Part shown: piece by piece, positions 36,607-47,600 of the stretch | Layout of the letters: each line of letters opens with the position of its first letter | Position numbering within the stretch: the first letter of the stretch is position 1 | Virus record (IMG/VR): IMGVR_UViG_3300032093_000098 | Source of the DNA: an uncultured virus (IMG/VR IMGVR_UViG_3300032093_000098) | Taxonomy: Duplodnaviria > Heunggongvirae > Uroviricota > Caudoviricetes | Direction: 5' to 3' (one strand) | Length of the DNA stretch: 64,000 nucleotides | Made by a program: the position numbers and the translations under genes | Notes under the pieces: generated by a model | What the model saw: only the letters and a program-made list of their open reading frames with translations | Told to the model about the DNA's origin: nothing | Database searches by the model: none

Positions 36607-37196
36607 TAACCAAGAGACAGGCCATAGAGTTTATTCAGCACAGGCTTAGCGGCGGAGATACTCCGGAGGACTTGCGCCGTCTTTACCCCAGGTCGATTAT
36701 TGCCCGGGTAATAAATTACGCCTTGTCGGATGCGGTCACAAGAGACCCGTACCTATTGGAAGACGTTGCCGTTCCGTATGACTTTGCCGTGTCTTCTGAT
36801 TCAAAGGGTTACTATGTGTCGCTTTCCCCGCAGCCGATTTCTGGATCTCTCGCAATCTACTCCGTAACAGATGAGTCGGATAGCGATAACCGGTATTTTG
36901 TTCAGTCAAAGATCGACGCGTCTACAATGGAGGTTTTAAGGGGGAAAAATAAAAACGGCGCAGTATTTTATAAGAACGCGCTCAGGTTTAATAAAAAGCC
37001 CGTCGGCACGGTCACGGTCACTATGATTCCGAATGTTTATCAAATGGAAGATGACGACCCTTTGATTATCCCGATGCAAGACGGCTTTGGTGAAATGGCA
37101 TTTTTCCAGTTGTGTCTACAGGCTCTTTCAACTCAGGGCTATCAAGACGATCTGAATGACAGCTCTGTGGACGCTCAAAATATTCAAAGAGGATGA
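36603..37196 (+). CDS. Tail ring/adaptor protein
   Basis: Synteny; ATGA-coupled. Confidence 0.55.
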   Translation: MITKRQAIEFIQHRLSGGDTPEDLRRLYPRSIIARVINYALSDAVTRDPYLLEDVAVPYDFAVSSDSKGYYVSLSPQPISGSLAIYSVTDESDSDNRYFVQSKIDASTMEVLRGKNKNGAVFYKNALRFNKKPVGTVTVTMIPNVYQMEDDDPLIIPMQDGFGEMAFFQLCLQALSTQGYQDDLNDSSVDAQNIQRG

Positions 37197-37924
37197 TCAT
37201 AAAAGATATTCGATATATTGCTACATCCGCGTTGTACAGGCTCGGCAAATCACCCAGCGGCAGAGAGCTTAACTGGATGGTTCAGGTGGCTATTGACTAT
37301 ATGAGCGAAAAAGCGCCGCTTGACGGGTTAGTTAGTCTCAAGACGATTCATACCAAGCTGGATACCGGCGCAAGGGTATTCACGCTCCCGCCCGACTGCA
37401 TGCGGATTGTGAAAATCGGAATGAAGTCAGGAAAGAGGATATGGACTCTTACTCCAGACACGTCTCTTGTTTTTCCCGATTCGGCCTTTTCTTGTGAAAG
37501 CGACTCTACGGATCCGGTTATTACCGACGGGTATTATCCGTCGGGTTATTTTGGGTATTTTTACGGGTATCAAAACTACACCAGAGGCAGCGGAAGAAAT
37601 GAGAATTATTACCGAATAGACGGCAGAAATATTTTGTTTGACCACAACATGGATGGCGGACAGGTGGTTATTGAATATCTGTCCAATGGGTCAAACATTA
37701 GCGACAAGACATTGATCGATATGGCTTATGCCGAGCCTTTCAGGCTTTACTTGATGAGCGAATATTGCTTTCACAAGGGCAACGCCATGGATCGACCAAA
37801 ATATAAAGAGCTTCAAATGCAATACGAGGCCGCCCAGTGGAGCGCAAATCTCCTTGTGAAGGCTCCGAGGCTTTACGAAACAATAGACGCGCTTGCTCAA
37901 AGCTCGGCTCTAAATCTTGGGTAA
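37193..37924 (+). CDS. Tail tubular/ring protein
   Basis: LPPDCMRIVKIG..YRID..VVIEYLSNG. Confidence 0.6.
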   Translation: MIIKDIRYIATSALYRLGKSPSGRELNWMVQVAIDYMSEKAPLDGLVSLKTIHTKLDTGARVFTLPPDCMRIVKIGMKSGKRIWTLTPDTSLVFPDSAFSCESDSTDPVITDGYYPSGYFGYFYGYQNYTRGSGRNENYYRIDGRNILFDHNMDGGQVVIEYLSNGSNISDKTLIDMAYAEPFRLYLMSEYCFHKGNAMDRPKYKELQMQYEAAQWSANLLVKAPRLYETIDALAQSSALNLG

Positions 37925-40900
37925 TGGATTTTAATGAGCAAATAATATTTACCGGTGGGATCAACACCGACGATGACACAAGGTCAATACCGCAAGGTGA
38001 CTACAGGGACTTCAATTATTGTAGGCTCGGGCAGGCGGCGGGGCAGGGCGCTTCCGTTATTACTTCTTGGGGCACTGTCGATATTTCGAACCCAGAAGTA
38101 GACCCTCGCGATCAAGTGATAGGAGCCACAATATGGGATAGGGCGCAAGGAGCGTCGAGATCGATCGTTTACTTTGTTTGGGCGTATGACAATGATCATG
38201 AAATATGGGTTTTTGACATCAACACAGAAACGCACCAACTTGCTGTCAGATCTCAGCACCTAAATTTTTCGAAAGACTTCCCGATTATTCACGCCAACAC
38301 GTTTGACGACATATTAAAGTTCACAGACGGAAGATGGAACGACCAAATGTACATTGATGGCAACAGGGTTTTCAATCCTCCGTACCAGATCAATCTCGAA
38401 AAGGCAATCAGCGGCTTTTACACGAATATCAGCCTGCAAACAATCGATGCAATTAAGTGGCCACCTATACCTCCATACGTTCAATATATCACTGATATCT
38501 CAAGGAACGACAACAAGATTTCAAAGAAGCTTTTTAAGTTCTGCGTTCAGTACATTTATGAGAACAACGAGTTGAGCTCGTGGTCGATGTATAGCAATCT
38601 TCCTCTTCCGGATCAGTCGGAATTTGTCACCGGCTCGAACTGGCTCAGAACGAATTATGACAACGGAATATCGATCACGTTTCCAACAGGGCCGAAGGAA
38701 GTTATTGGATTTAATATTGCCGTGCAGCAATTCGACGAAAGCACGGGTGGAGCGGAAGGCCCGTTTTCTGTTTTTGCCGAAAAAAACAAAGAAAGAGACA
38801 GCATCTCTGATGACGTTAATTACACGCTGAATTTTTATGGCAATGTTTCGTCAAAGGTCGCTGTTGATTTCCAAAAAAATTACGACAGGTTACCTATCGC
38901 CGCCAGGTGTCAGGAGTATTTGCCTACCAGCCAAGTCGCTTACATTAACTTCAGGGAAGGCTACAACAAAATAGAAATTGCCGCAGAAGCGGATTACGTC
39001 ATAAAAGGCGTGAAGTGGTCCGCGTTTTCCGGCCTGATATTCACGGCTGTTTGGGACGGAGTCGGCGGGGGGACGCTAAAGACTGGTGTGGATTTATGGG
39101 ATGTAAATACAGAGTTCCCGTACAGCGCAGGTATGGTCATAACCATAAATGGCCCAACGACCATACCTACTCTTCTCGGGTATATTGTGACCCAAGAAGA
39201 CGTTGATGCCGCGTTGGCTCTACCTACCGTTCTTGATCAGAACGAATACATGTTTCAGTTGATAGGGGACTTTTTTATGTCCGCTCTTGGTCAACCGGCC
39301 GGGACGATAGCCGTTGTTGGCAGTATTTTGGAATATTACTTCACCGACATCCCGAGCGACATCAACATAACAAAGAGCAAATTTACAAGGCTCAACGACG
39401 CGAGGCCGACGTTGAAAACGGGCGCAACGCATGAGTTCGGGATAGTTTATGGAGACAGGGCTTTCAGGGACGGTACTGTTCAAACTTCTGATCAAATGAG
39501 CGTTTTTGTGCCGTTCTTTTTTGACATAGACAGAACGTCCCTTGACAATAGTTACGATCCATTCACTGTTTCCCCAAAGATTTCGATAAACCACACCCCG
39601 CCGGTTTGGGCTGATCGGTACTGGATTGTCGCAAAGCCAGCCACTGAGATATTGAGTTTTGGGCACTACATGGTTTCTGTTGAAAACATCTACGCCGAGC
39701 CCGCTGTCATATTGGATTCTGCAAGTCAAGAGACAAGGTACAAGATAATTTTAGACAACAAGTACACCAATGTTTACAACATAGGCGCAACTATAAATCA
39801 CGTTCCTCAAAAAGGAGACAAGCTCCGATTCGTAAGGAGACGATCTCCCGAGGTGTGGGATAATTTTAGCAGCGTGCTTGGCGGATATGCTCAGTACGTT
39901 GAGGTGGATGTTCTTGACTACTTCCCGGCTGATGGTCCAGGCGGACGCCCGGTTGTCTACACAACCCTTTTCGACATTGGTCTCATTGAGAACTTTGACA
40001 ATATTGAAAACCCGGGCGGATACATTGTTGAGATATACACCCCGCGCCCGTTTGTTGATGATGACGGGGGCTTGTTTATTTCCGGGTGGAAGGACATAAC
40101 CCCGTCGATCCCAATTATTGATCCTCACACCCCTGACAGGAGACATGGTGCCCCGTTTGACTACACGGCTCAATGCATTGAGATCGCTCCTGATAGCTAC
40201 GTTTTCTCAATGACAAGCGACAGAACCGATTTGATTGGGCAATCTTTTAACCTTGTTATTTATTACAACGACGGATCAACCGAGACCGTGAATTCTGAGC
40301 AGATAGTCTCGGCCGAATATCGCGTTGACAACAATACGACTTATATCACGTTTTTGAATCAGGACGCATTTGACCAGATATCGTATATTACGATGTCTTA
40401 CAGCTCTCCCCAACAAATAGCTCCGCAGCCGGTGCTTCCGGCATACATTTACCCTTCGTATGGAGACGTGTACCTTAGAATGAGGAATTTCGGAACCGGT
40501 TACGCCGGCGTTTCGTCTCAGTATTATTATTACATTGAAGATCCTCACTATTCGGACTATTGGCTTAGCGACGTGCACAATACGGGCAGAACCAGGATTG
40601 AGTCTCCCACGTTTCAAATGGTGCACCGTAAGGCTGACGCCATTCATTCCAATCCCTATGGAGGCTTAAACAGGTCTGTAAACGGAACCTCTACCTTTGT
40701 CCTTGACAACTCAAATATTATTGAGATGAACCCTCTTTTTGGAGAGGTGGTTAGGGCTATCATGGCCGGCAGAGAGGGTAAAACGCTTAAATGCATTCAG
40801 CCGTTTAAGGAAAACTCTATTTACATACAGTTCTACCCCAACGAGGTCGGATCGGACTCTTCGGTAAGGGTTAGTAAGGCCACGTTCGCGTCATGGTTTG

Positions 40901-42246
40901 ACTACAAGTCTCGATTTGGAACAACCGATCCCGGTTCTGTAGCTCTTTTGCCAAACGGCGAAATTGCTTATTTTGACGCAAATTCCGGCGTATTTGTTTT
41001 GTCTCAAACCAACGGTCAAACAATCATCAGCGAGATTGATCCGTCAAGCAGGGTTGATTTTAAGTTCAGGACTGAAACAAAAAGAATTGCGGGCTTGTTT
41101 TCAAAAGGCAGCGGCTCGAAATGCAGGGCATACGTCAACGAGCTTTTGGGCGAGGTCGGTTTTGCCTTCGATCTCGTAGAGAGTTCGGAGTCTGCTACAG
41201 GTCTCATTTCTTTTGCGGACGCCGGGACAAATTACTTTATTGCCGCAGGATCAGAAGAGGACATACTTCCTCTTTTAGGCAATGAGATTACGATTTACCT
41301 CCCTCTCCCGGATTCTCCGTACAATCTCGCTCCGCAAACAACAATTGTTGATTATGTGGCGTCTTTTGGTTCGAGTGTCGTGATTTTTATTCGAGATCCG
41401 CTGCTTTACACTTATTCCGGCGAGCCAAGGCCAGTCGGAGAAGATCCGTATTACTACATATCGCCCAAAAAAGAACGAAAGCATGTTGTTTTCGATTATT
41501 TGTCAATGAGGTGGAGATCGACTTACGATTATCCGTTCACAAATTTTGTTAACTACGGACAACTATTGTTCGGGTGGGATGAGCAGGCGAGATTTTACAA
41601 GCACAACGAAAAGTCCTCTTATCAATTTCACGGAAAGGACTTCGTTCAAAAGATAACGTTTGTTTCGAACGAGCGCCCTCTTGATGTCAAAAGGTATCAG
41701 AATTTTTCTCAAATGGGATCTCAGCCGTTTACGGTTGAGGCTTCATCTGAGCCAAATTTGAGCTACACGTCAGGCATGTACACAATAATAGCTCCTCAGG
41801 AGATGAGCCAATACGAGGGCTACACGAGGTGTTATTACAAGAAAAATTTGTACGACCCAGTATTTTTAAATTCCGCTATTCAGTCGACATCTTTTGTTGG
41901 TATAGATCCTGATATCGACGACTTTGTTGCTGGCTGGGAGCTTGCCGGAAATCAAACTGGGCTACTTGGTGTCGAGGTGGTTATTATTCAGCCGAACGGA
42001 AACTTCATAGGGGTCGTTACCTCCGCCGATTACGACTCCGTCTCTGACATTACTTTTATTGAAACGACATATGGGAACCCTGTTGATACCGGGATTCCTG
42101 GCCTTCTTTATTCTGCCGATTTAGCAATATCCGCAGGCGAAGACATGAGGTCTTATTCGTTAACACATACGCTGAGTTATCCTGTTTCGGAAAATGAATT
42201 GCCGGCACAGCTATTTGGTGTTGCAATTAAGGGCGTACTTTCATAA
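37924..42246 (+). CDS. Tail nozzle/stabilization protein (P22 gp10 / crAss muzzle-like)
   Basis: Start MDFNEQIIFTGGINTDDD; 1440 aa, beta-rich; LKTGATHEFGIVYGD. Confidence 0.75.
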   Translation: MDFNEQIIFTGGINTDDDTRSIPQGDYRDFNYCRLGQAAGQGASVITSWGTVDISNPEVDPRDQVIGATIWDRAQGASRSIVYFVWAYDNDHEIWVFDINTETHQLAVRSQHLNFSKDFPIIHANTFDDILKFTDGRWNDQMYIDGNRVFNPPYQINLEKAISGFYTNISLQTIDAIKWPPIPPYVQYITDISRNDNKISKKLFKFCVQYIYENNELSSWSMYSNLPLPDQSEFVTGSNWLRTNYDNGISITFPTGPKEVIGFNIAVQQFDESTGGAEGPFSVFAEKNKERDSISDDVNYTLNFYGNVSSKVAVDFQKNYDRLPIAARCQEYLPTSQVAYINFREGYNKIEIAAEADYVIKGVKWSAFSGLIFTAVWDGVGGGTLKTGVDLWDVNTEFPYSAGMVITINGPTTIPTLLGYIVTQEDVDAALALPTVLDQNEYMFQLIGDFFMSALGQPAGTIAVVGSILEYYFTDIPSDINITKSKFTRLNDARPTLKTGATHEFGIVYGDRAFRDGTVQTSDQMSVFVPFFFDIDRTSLDNSYDPFTVSPKISINHTPPVWADRYWIVAKPATEILSFGHYMVSVENIYAEPAVILDSASQETRYKIILDNKYTNVYNIGATINHVPQKGDKLRFVRRRSPEVWDNFSSVLGGYAQYVEVDVLDYFPADGPGGRPVVYTTLFDIGLIENFDNIENPGGYIVEIYTPRPFVDDDGGLFISGWKDITPSIPIIDPHTPDRRHGAPFDYTAQCIEIAPDSYVFSMTSDRTDLIGQSFNLVIYYNDGSTETVNSEQIVSAEYRVDNNTTYITFLNQDAFDQISYITMSYSSPQQIAPQPVLPAYIYPSYGDVYLRMRNFGTGYAGVSSQYYYYIEDPHYSDYWLSDVHNTGRTRIESPTFQMVHRKADAIHSNPYGGLNRSVNGTSTFVLDNSNIIEMNPLFGEVVRAIMAGREGKTLKCIQPFKENSIYIQFYPNEVGSDSSVRVSKATFASWFDYKSRFGTTDPGSVALLPNGEIAYFDANSGVFVLSQTNGQTIISEIDPSSRVDFKFRTETKRIAGLFSKGSGSKCRAYVNELLGEVGFAFDLVESSESATGLISFADAGTNYFIAAGSEEDILPLLGNEITIYLPLPDSPYNLAPQTTIVDYVASFGSSVVIFIRDPLLYTYSGEPRPVGEDPYYYISPKKERKHVVFDYLSMRWRSTYDYPFTNFVNYGQLLFGWDEQARFYKHNEKSSYQFHGKDFVQKITFVSNERPLDVKRYQNFSQMGSQPFTVEASSEPNLSYTSGMYTIIAPQEMSQYEGYTRCYYKKNLYDPVFLNSAIQSTSFVGIDPDIDDFVAGWELAGNQTGLLGVEVVIIQPNGNFIGVVTSADYDSVSDITFIETTYGNPVDTGIPGLLYSADLAISAGEDMRSYSLTHTLSYPVSENELPAQLFGVAIKGVLS

Positions 42247-42257
42247 ATTTGCCACTT

Positions 42258-42692
42258 GTGAGCAGCAAGATTAAGATAAAGCCGATTTTGTCCGCTTTTT
42301 CGGGTGATCGAGAAATAGAAAATTTTTGCGATCCAAACAGCCACGACAAAACGGGCAGCGGCGTTGCTGTTGACACGTTTAATAAACTCAGGGCTTGGGA
42401 CGAGCTTAGTGATGATGGGGTTTTTACCGAGGTTTTTAACGGGGGCAACGTTGTTGGGTTTATTTACACCGTCCCGGGCAGGCTTGTTAGTTTCGGGGTA
42501 TCCCCAAACCACAGGGTAAAACCGGTTTTAAAAAAGGTGTTTGAAGATATTGTTGAGATGGCGGGAGATGAGTTTTTGTGCGCTATGTGGACGAGAAATT
42601 CAAGAGGAATTCAGTGGTTGCAGCGGTGCGGGATGGAGATTTTAACTTGTGATGACGTTGTCACAGAATTAATTTATAAAAAATGCCAGTAA
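42258..42692 (+). CDS. GNAT-like protein preceding internal virion genes
   Basis: SFGVSPNHR..NSRGIQWLQRCGM; start uncertain (GTG 42258). Confidence 0.5.
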   Translation: MSSKIKIKPILSAFSGDREIENFCDPNSHDKTGSGVAVDTFNKLRAWDELSDDGVFTEVFNGGNVVGFIYTVPGRLVSFGVSPNHRVKPVLKKVFEDIVEMAGDEFLCAMWTRNSRGIQWLQRCGMEILTCDDVVTELIYKKCQ

Positions 42693-43417
42693 CAGCAGCA
42701 ATAGTAGCAGGGACGATCGCAGCGGGCAAGGGGGTTCAGTCTCTTGTTCGTGCGAATCGCGCAAAAAAAGAAATGGAAAGACTCGGAAAGGGCTTGAAAG
42801 ACCCTTCTTTTTCCATGCCAGCCGAGCTGATGCAAGCATACGATGCCGCGAAGGCTATGCCGGTTTCCAGAAATATGCCCGGATACGGAGCTATTCAAAA
42901 CATGGCAAGCATGCAGCAGCAAGGGGCTCTTGGCGATATCTCAAAGTATGGCACCGGGCTTGACGCCGTCGCTGCCATGACGAACCTCGGAACGCAGTCC
43001 ATGGCTCAGCAGCAGGAGATCGGTATTCAAAACAGCCAAAACTATCAGTCTCAACTCGAGAACAGACAGCAAAACATGGCCGGTATCGCAAATCAGCTCG
43101 CCGGCTTTAGGCAATACGAGTATGAGCAAAATGTCTTGAATCCATTCCTTAGAACAAGCGCCGCTATTTCTGCGTTAAGAAGAAAAAGATACCAGGAGTC
43201 AAATCTTGCATTTGACTCTTTTGCCAACGTTTTGCAGGCTGGCGCAGGGGCTATTAACCCAGCTTCGATAACCGACACCGGCGGTGGTATGGCCGGCAAT
43301 ATTGCAGCTGGCGGCGGAACGTCTGGCGGCGGAACGTCTGGCGGCGCCAACACCGGGGCAAGAGGGTGGTCGAGCGCTCAAAATATGGTTGATGAATTTG
43401 GAAACGTTATTTTTTAA
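42683..43417 (+). CDS. Internal virion / DNA ejection protein
   Basis: Ala/Gly-rich N-terminus, Gln-rich helix, no Cys. Confidence 0.6.
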   Translation: MPVTAAIVAGTIAAGKGVQSLVRANRAKKEMERLGKGLKDPSFSMPAELMQAYDAAKAMPVSRNMPGYGAIQNMASMQQQGALGDISKYGTGLDAVAAMTNLGTQSMAQQQEIGIQNSQNYQSQLENRQQNMAGIANQLAGFRQYEYEQNVLNPFLRTSAAISALRRKRYQESNLAFDSFANVLQAGAGAINPASITDTGGGMAGNIAAGGGTSGGGTSGGANTGARGWSSAQNMVDEFGNVIF

Positions 43418-43423
43418 TTTAAA

Positions 43424-44635
43424 ATGGCAGTAAGCGCATCAGTTGTATACACAGGCGAGTCGGGCAATATGTCTGGCGACAACACCGGTGCCGCGTTTTT
43501 TGAGCGCGGAGACGCCCTTGATATCTCACAACAGGAGATAGCCCGATCAAGGGAGCTTGCAAGGGAAAAAAGAGACAGAGAAAAAGAAGTGAGAGAGCAG
43601 TGGCGAAACGCCATAATGCCCACAGAGGATCTATGGCTCGACGAGGAAGAAGAGGAGCTCAACGCTGTGATCAATGAGTACGACAATATGATTTCCGGTT
43701 TCGCTCAACGCGGGGCGGAATTTGCCGACCTTAGCTCGGACGAGATCAAGCAGAAGAAGCAATTGGAGGCAAGAATCAAGCTTTTAAGAACTCAGTCCGA
43801 TCAGAACAAGGCGTATTACGACCAGATCATGTCAGAGTTTCAAAAAGATCCGGACGGCCTTATTTATGATCCTGAAAAATCGACAAAAATGCTCGAGGAG
43901 TTTCGTGGATCAGGCAAAAGCATCGAGGCGAGGAATGAGGTCGCGAGAAAAAATGGCGTCTTGCCTAAAAGATATGACTTCTCTGGGGTGACCACGAACC
44001 TTGCCAAGGTTCTGCCAGATACCGATTTGCCTGGAAATAAAACAGGGAAAAATCCAAAGGCTTTTGAGCTTGTTCTTGATGATTTTCTCGCAAGCCCCGA
44101 GGGAGATCTTATGATCAGAGAGACCAATGAAGCAGAAGGGGATATAAAGAAAAGACTTCTTGATGAGTTCAATGTTATTTACAGACCGAAAAGCAAGCCT
44201 GTCGTTAAGACGTCTACCAAGGCGCCGACCGCTCCAAAAAGTGACTTTTCTCTCACTCCGACCGCAACAGGTACTGGGGTCGGGAAGTATAAAAACCTTG
44301 AGTTCAACGTTATGACCACCCCTAATTCGCCAGGGCAATCTGATTTATTTTGGGATTCAGGGTACAACACTATTAACATTCCGCACAAGGCGCTATCCCT
44401 TTATGACAACTCCGGGAATCCCCAGCAAGTTACGGTTCAGTCGGTATACCAAGGTCCGAACGGCACCGTATTAAGAACGACAGACAGTCATAATGAAGAG
44501 ATATGGATTGATTATTCGAATCCAAGAAATAAATCAACAGTAGACGGCGCTTATCAGGTTGACTTTAATGATGTCTTTGAAAAGGTCAGATCAACAGCTC
44601 CTTCAGACGGCGGATCTGGTGTGCCTTGGCTATAA
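43424..44635 (+). CDS. Internal virion / ejection protein
   Basis: Coiled-coil, no Cys; position. Confidence 0.55.
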   Translation: MAVSASVVYTGESGNMSGDNTGAAFFERGDALDISQQEIARSRELAREKRDREKEVREQWRNAIMPTEDLWLDEEEEELNAVINEYDNMISGFAQRGAEFADLSSDEIKQKKQLEARIKLLRTQSDQNKAYYDQIMSEFQKDPDGLIYDPEKSTKMLEEFRGSGKSIEARNEVARKNGVLPKRYDFSGVTTNLAKVLPDTDLPGNKTGKNPKAFELVLDDFLASPEGDLMIRETNEAEGDIKKRLLDEFNVIYRPKSKPVVKTSTKAPTAPKSDFSLTPTATGTGVGKYKNLEFNVMTTPNSPGQSDLFWDSGYNTINIPHKALSLYDNSGNPQQVTVQSVYQGPNGTVLRTTDSHNEEIWIDYSNPRNKSTVDGAYQVDFNDVFEKVRSTAPSDGGSGVPWL

Positions 44636-44659
44636 CAACACGAAATAAAAAAAACAAAT

Positions 44660-47600
44660 ATGGCTGTCCCAGCAAATGTAAAATATTACGAGTATCTCAA
44701 GTCAAAAAAGCTCGATGTGCCACCGACGTACGATTCGTTTCAAAAAACCCTCTCGGACAAAGAGAAGGCGATGAAGTACTATTCCTATCTTTCATCCAAA
44801 AAGTCCCAGGGCATGGACGTCGACATCCCTGCTTCTTTTGACTCTTTTTACAACACGTTAAACCCAAAGGGGGCATCATCAGAGGTTGGCGCGGCTTCTG
44901 GAGAAGATTTAAACGCGCCGCAGCAGCCTTCCGCTCCGAGTTTTACGGGGGCGAAAGGAATGAAGCCAAGGGGAATTCAGCCCGCCTTAAAACAAGAAGC
45001 TGAAAAGCCACGGCCAACCAAACCGTATCAAGATATCATGCCAAAGATGGAGGAAGCTCCATCCGAAACAACGCAGGCCGCAGTTCCCGCTCCTATATCG
45101 TTTGCCGAGCAGGAGCAAGAAAAGGCAAACGAAAGCATAAGGAGAGGATATCTACCATCGAATCCAGCGATAGTTAACGACCGTGTAATTAGCGAGGTAG
45201 AGAAGGTCAGAGAAGAGGAGGGGATGGAGCCTATAGAGGACGTTTTGTCGAGAAGGGTTGCCCTCAATCAGATAGACGACGTAATGGAGACTTTCGGTCT
45301 ATCAAGCGAACAGGTTGACGACTATATGGAAAATTCGGCAAGAGACATTGACTCGATGGCTCTTGACCAGATAACCCAGGCGGCGGGCATGGACAGTGAA
45401 TTTCTTGAATACAAGAAATCATTAAAGACGGGAGACGCCATAAGCCCCATCTATCAAGGAAGGATGAGGGAGAGTCAAAAAAAGGTTTTTGACGCAGCTA
45501 TGGGCGACTATTGGAATTTCTTGGCGAGAAGCAATTACGGGGCATACAAGGACAACAAGGACAAGTATGATGCGCTGAAGGCAAAGACTGCCGAGGAGAG
45601 AACGACTGAAGACGAAAGATGGTTAAAGCTCACGGAAGACAGAGCCACGGCTCTCTATTCCGCTGCGGCAAAGAAGGAGGCTATTGGTTTGAAGGATAAT
45701 ATTTCCCAAAAACTAAAATCTGTTGCCGGCGTTGATTACGGAAAGTATCTTTCTGCGACAAAAGACTTCAATGCCAAGGCTTCTGCTCTTGAAAAAGAGC
45801 ACGCCGCCGGGAAGATAAACGACCAACAGTACGAGGAAAAATACAATGCTGCGTACGATGAATTAGAGGCCATCAAGAGAGACTCGGGCGTGAATGATAG
45901 CACAATGGCTACACTCAATGAGATTGACGACCTGACGTCAAAATACGGGCGGACACTCCTGAAAGACGTAGCGGTAAAAACTTCAGGTTTTTCCGAGACT
46001 CGTAGCTACGATAAGTGGCTCGAGGAACTGGAAGAGAAGAAAAGGAATTCGGAAGACTATGAGAGGTTGTGGAAGGAGTCTGGGGCGTTCGGTAAAGCGG
46101 TGCTTGGAGGTTATGAGTTTACCAGGAAATTGGGTGGCAGCGTATTTAATTCCGCTATGGACGTGGCTGGGGGTCTCGTGAGAGTTCTTGATGCTGCGGA
46201 CGCCAAGGGGCTTTACCAAGGTGTTGGCTATGATTTTTCGGATCAGATGTACGACAAAATCATGAACATGAAGGCCGTAACAGAATCCAAAAGGTTTGAT
46301 GCGGACGCCGATTCTGTTCTTTATAATTTGGCCGACATGACCGGAAACGGATTTGGTTCTGTTGTTGCTTTTGGTCTTGGCGGATCTGCGGCACTTGCTT
46401 TAAAGGCGCCGGCAGCCGCTGGCACGTTCGTCACAGGATACCTCATGGCCGAGTCATCTACTTATCAAGAGTTGATGGATAGCGGCGTCGTGTCAAGCCA
46501 GGAGGCCACCTTGATCTCAAATGCCGTAGCGCCAGTGGTAGCCTCCATAGAACTTCTTGTCCCTGACTCAAAAGTTATCCAGGGGTATGTTCGACCGGCC
46601 ATAAGAGCTGCCGTTGTTCAGGGAAAGCCTCTTTTGAAGGCTGTTGACGAATCCTTGCAAACATACGCAAAGTCATTTGGCAAAGAGGCGTTCGAAGAGG
46701 GACTTGGATATGTGGGTGAGGTGTCGGCAAAAAACATTGTTGACGCGGTTGGCGGCTACGATTATTTCAATCAAGAGTTTTCACTGAAGGACTTGGTGAT
46801 CAATTCTCTTGGCGGCGGGCTTACCGGCGGCTTGATGAATTTCTTCAGCTACTCATCAACTCCATCTCCCGTTAAAGAGAGGGCGGTTCTTGAGATGGCT
46901 GAAAACGGGCAGCAGATTATAGATTCACACAAAAACGAAAGAACCATATCGGATCTCAGGACCACGCTGAGCAAGCCGATGGAAGATTTGCGCGGGCTTA
47001 AAGCCCATCCAAATTGGAACAATCTCGACAGAAGCAAGCAAGCCCGGGTTTTTTCCATTAGTCAGCAAATAAGATCCCTCGAAGAGTCATCCGTACAAGA
47101 CCCGATCGTTAAGGCTCAGGTCGGCAGATTGAAGGCTGAGCAGCAAGAAATATTGTCTCTTGGCGCGAACGGAATGGACGCAAAGGCTGTTGGTGTTTCG
47201 ACTGACAAGCAGAGGGTTTTTATTGGTGATCAGCAGGCGTTTTTTTACATAAACGAGGACGGCGATTACGAGATAGAGTACAATGACGGCAGAAGCGTTG
47301 TTGTGTCTAAGGGCGAAGGCGCAGCCGAAAAGGTTCGTGCCATGGGGATAAGGGCCGACGACGGAGAGGTCGCGGCAATGAATAAAGAGAATCAAAACAC
47401 ACTCATTACCCCAAGGCTCGAAAGAGGTGCTACTGTTGACTACAACGGAAAGAACGCAACGGTAAATAGCTACAAAGAAAAAGACGGCAAGGTGGTGTAT
47501 GTAAATTTGACCACCGAAGACGGAAGGACTCTGCAGATCAGGGAAGGTCAGGCAGGGGTGGGACAAGAATTATTAAATAATTTAAATAATCTACCTTATG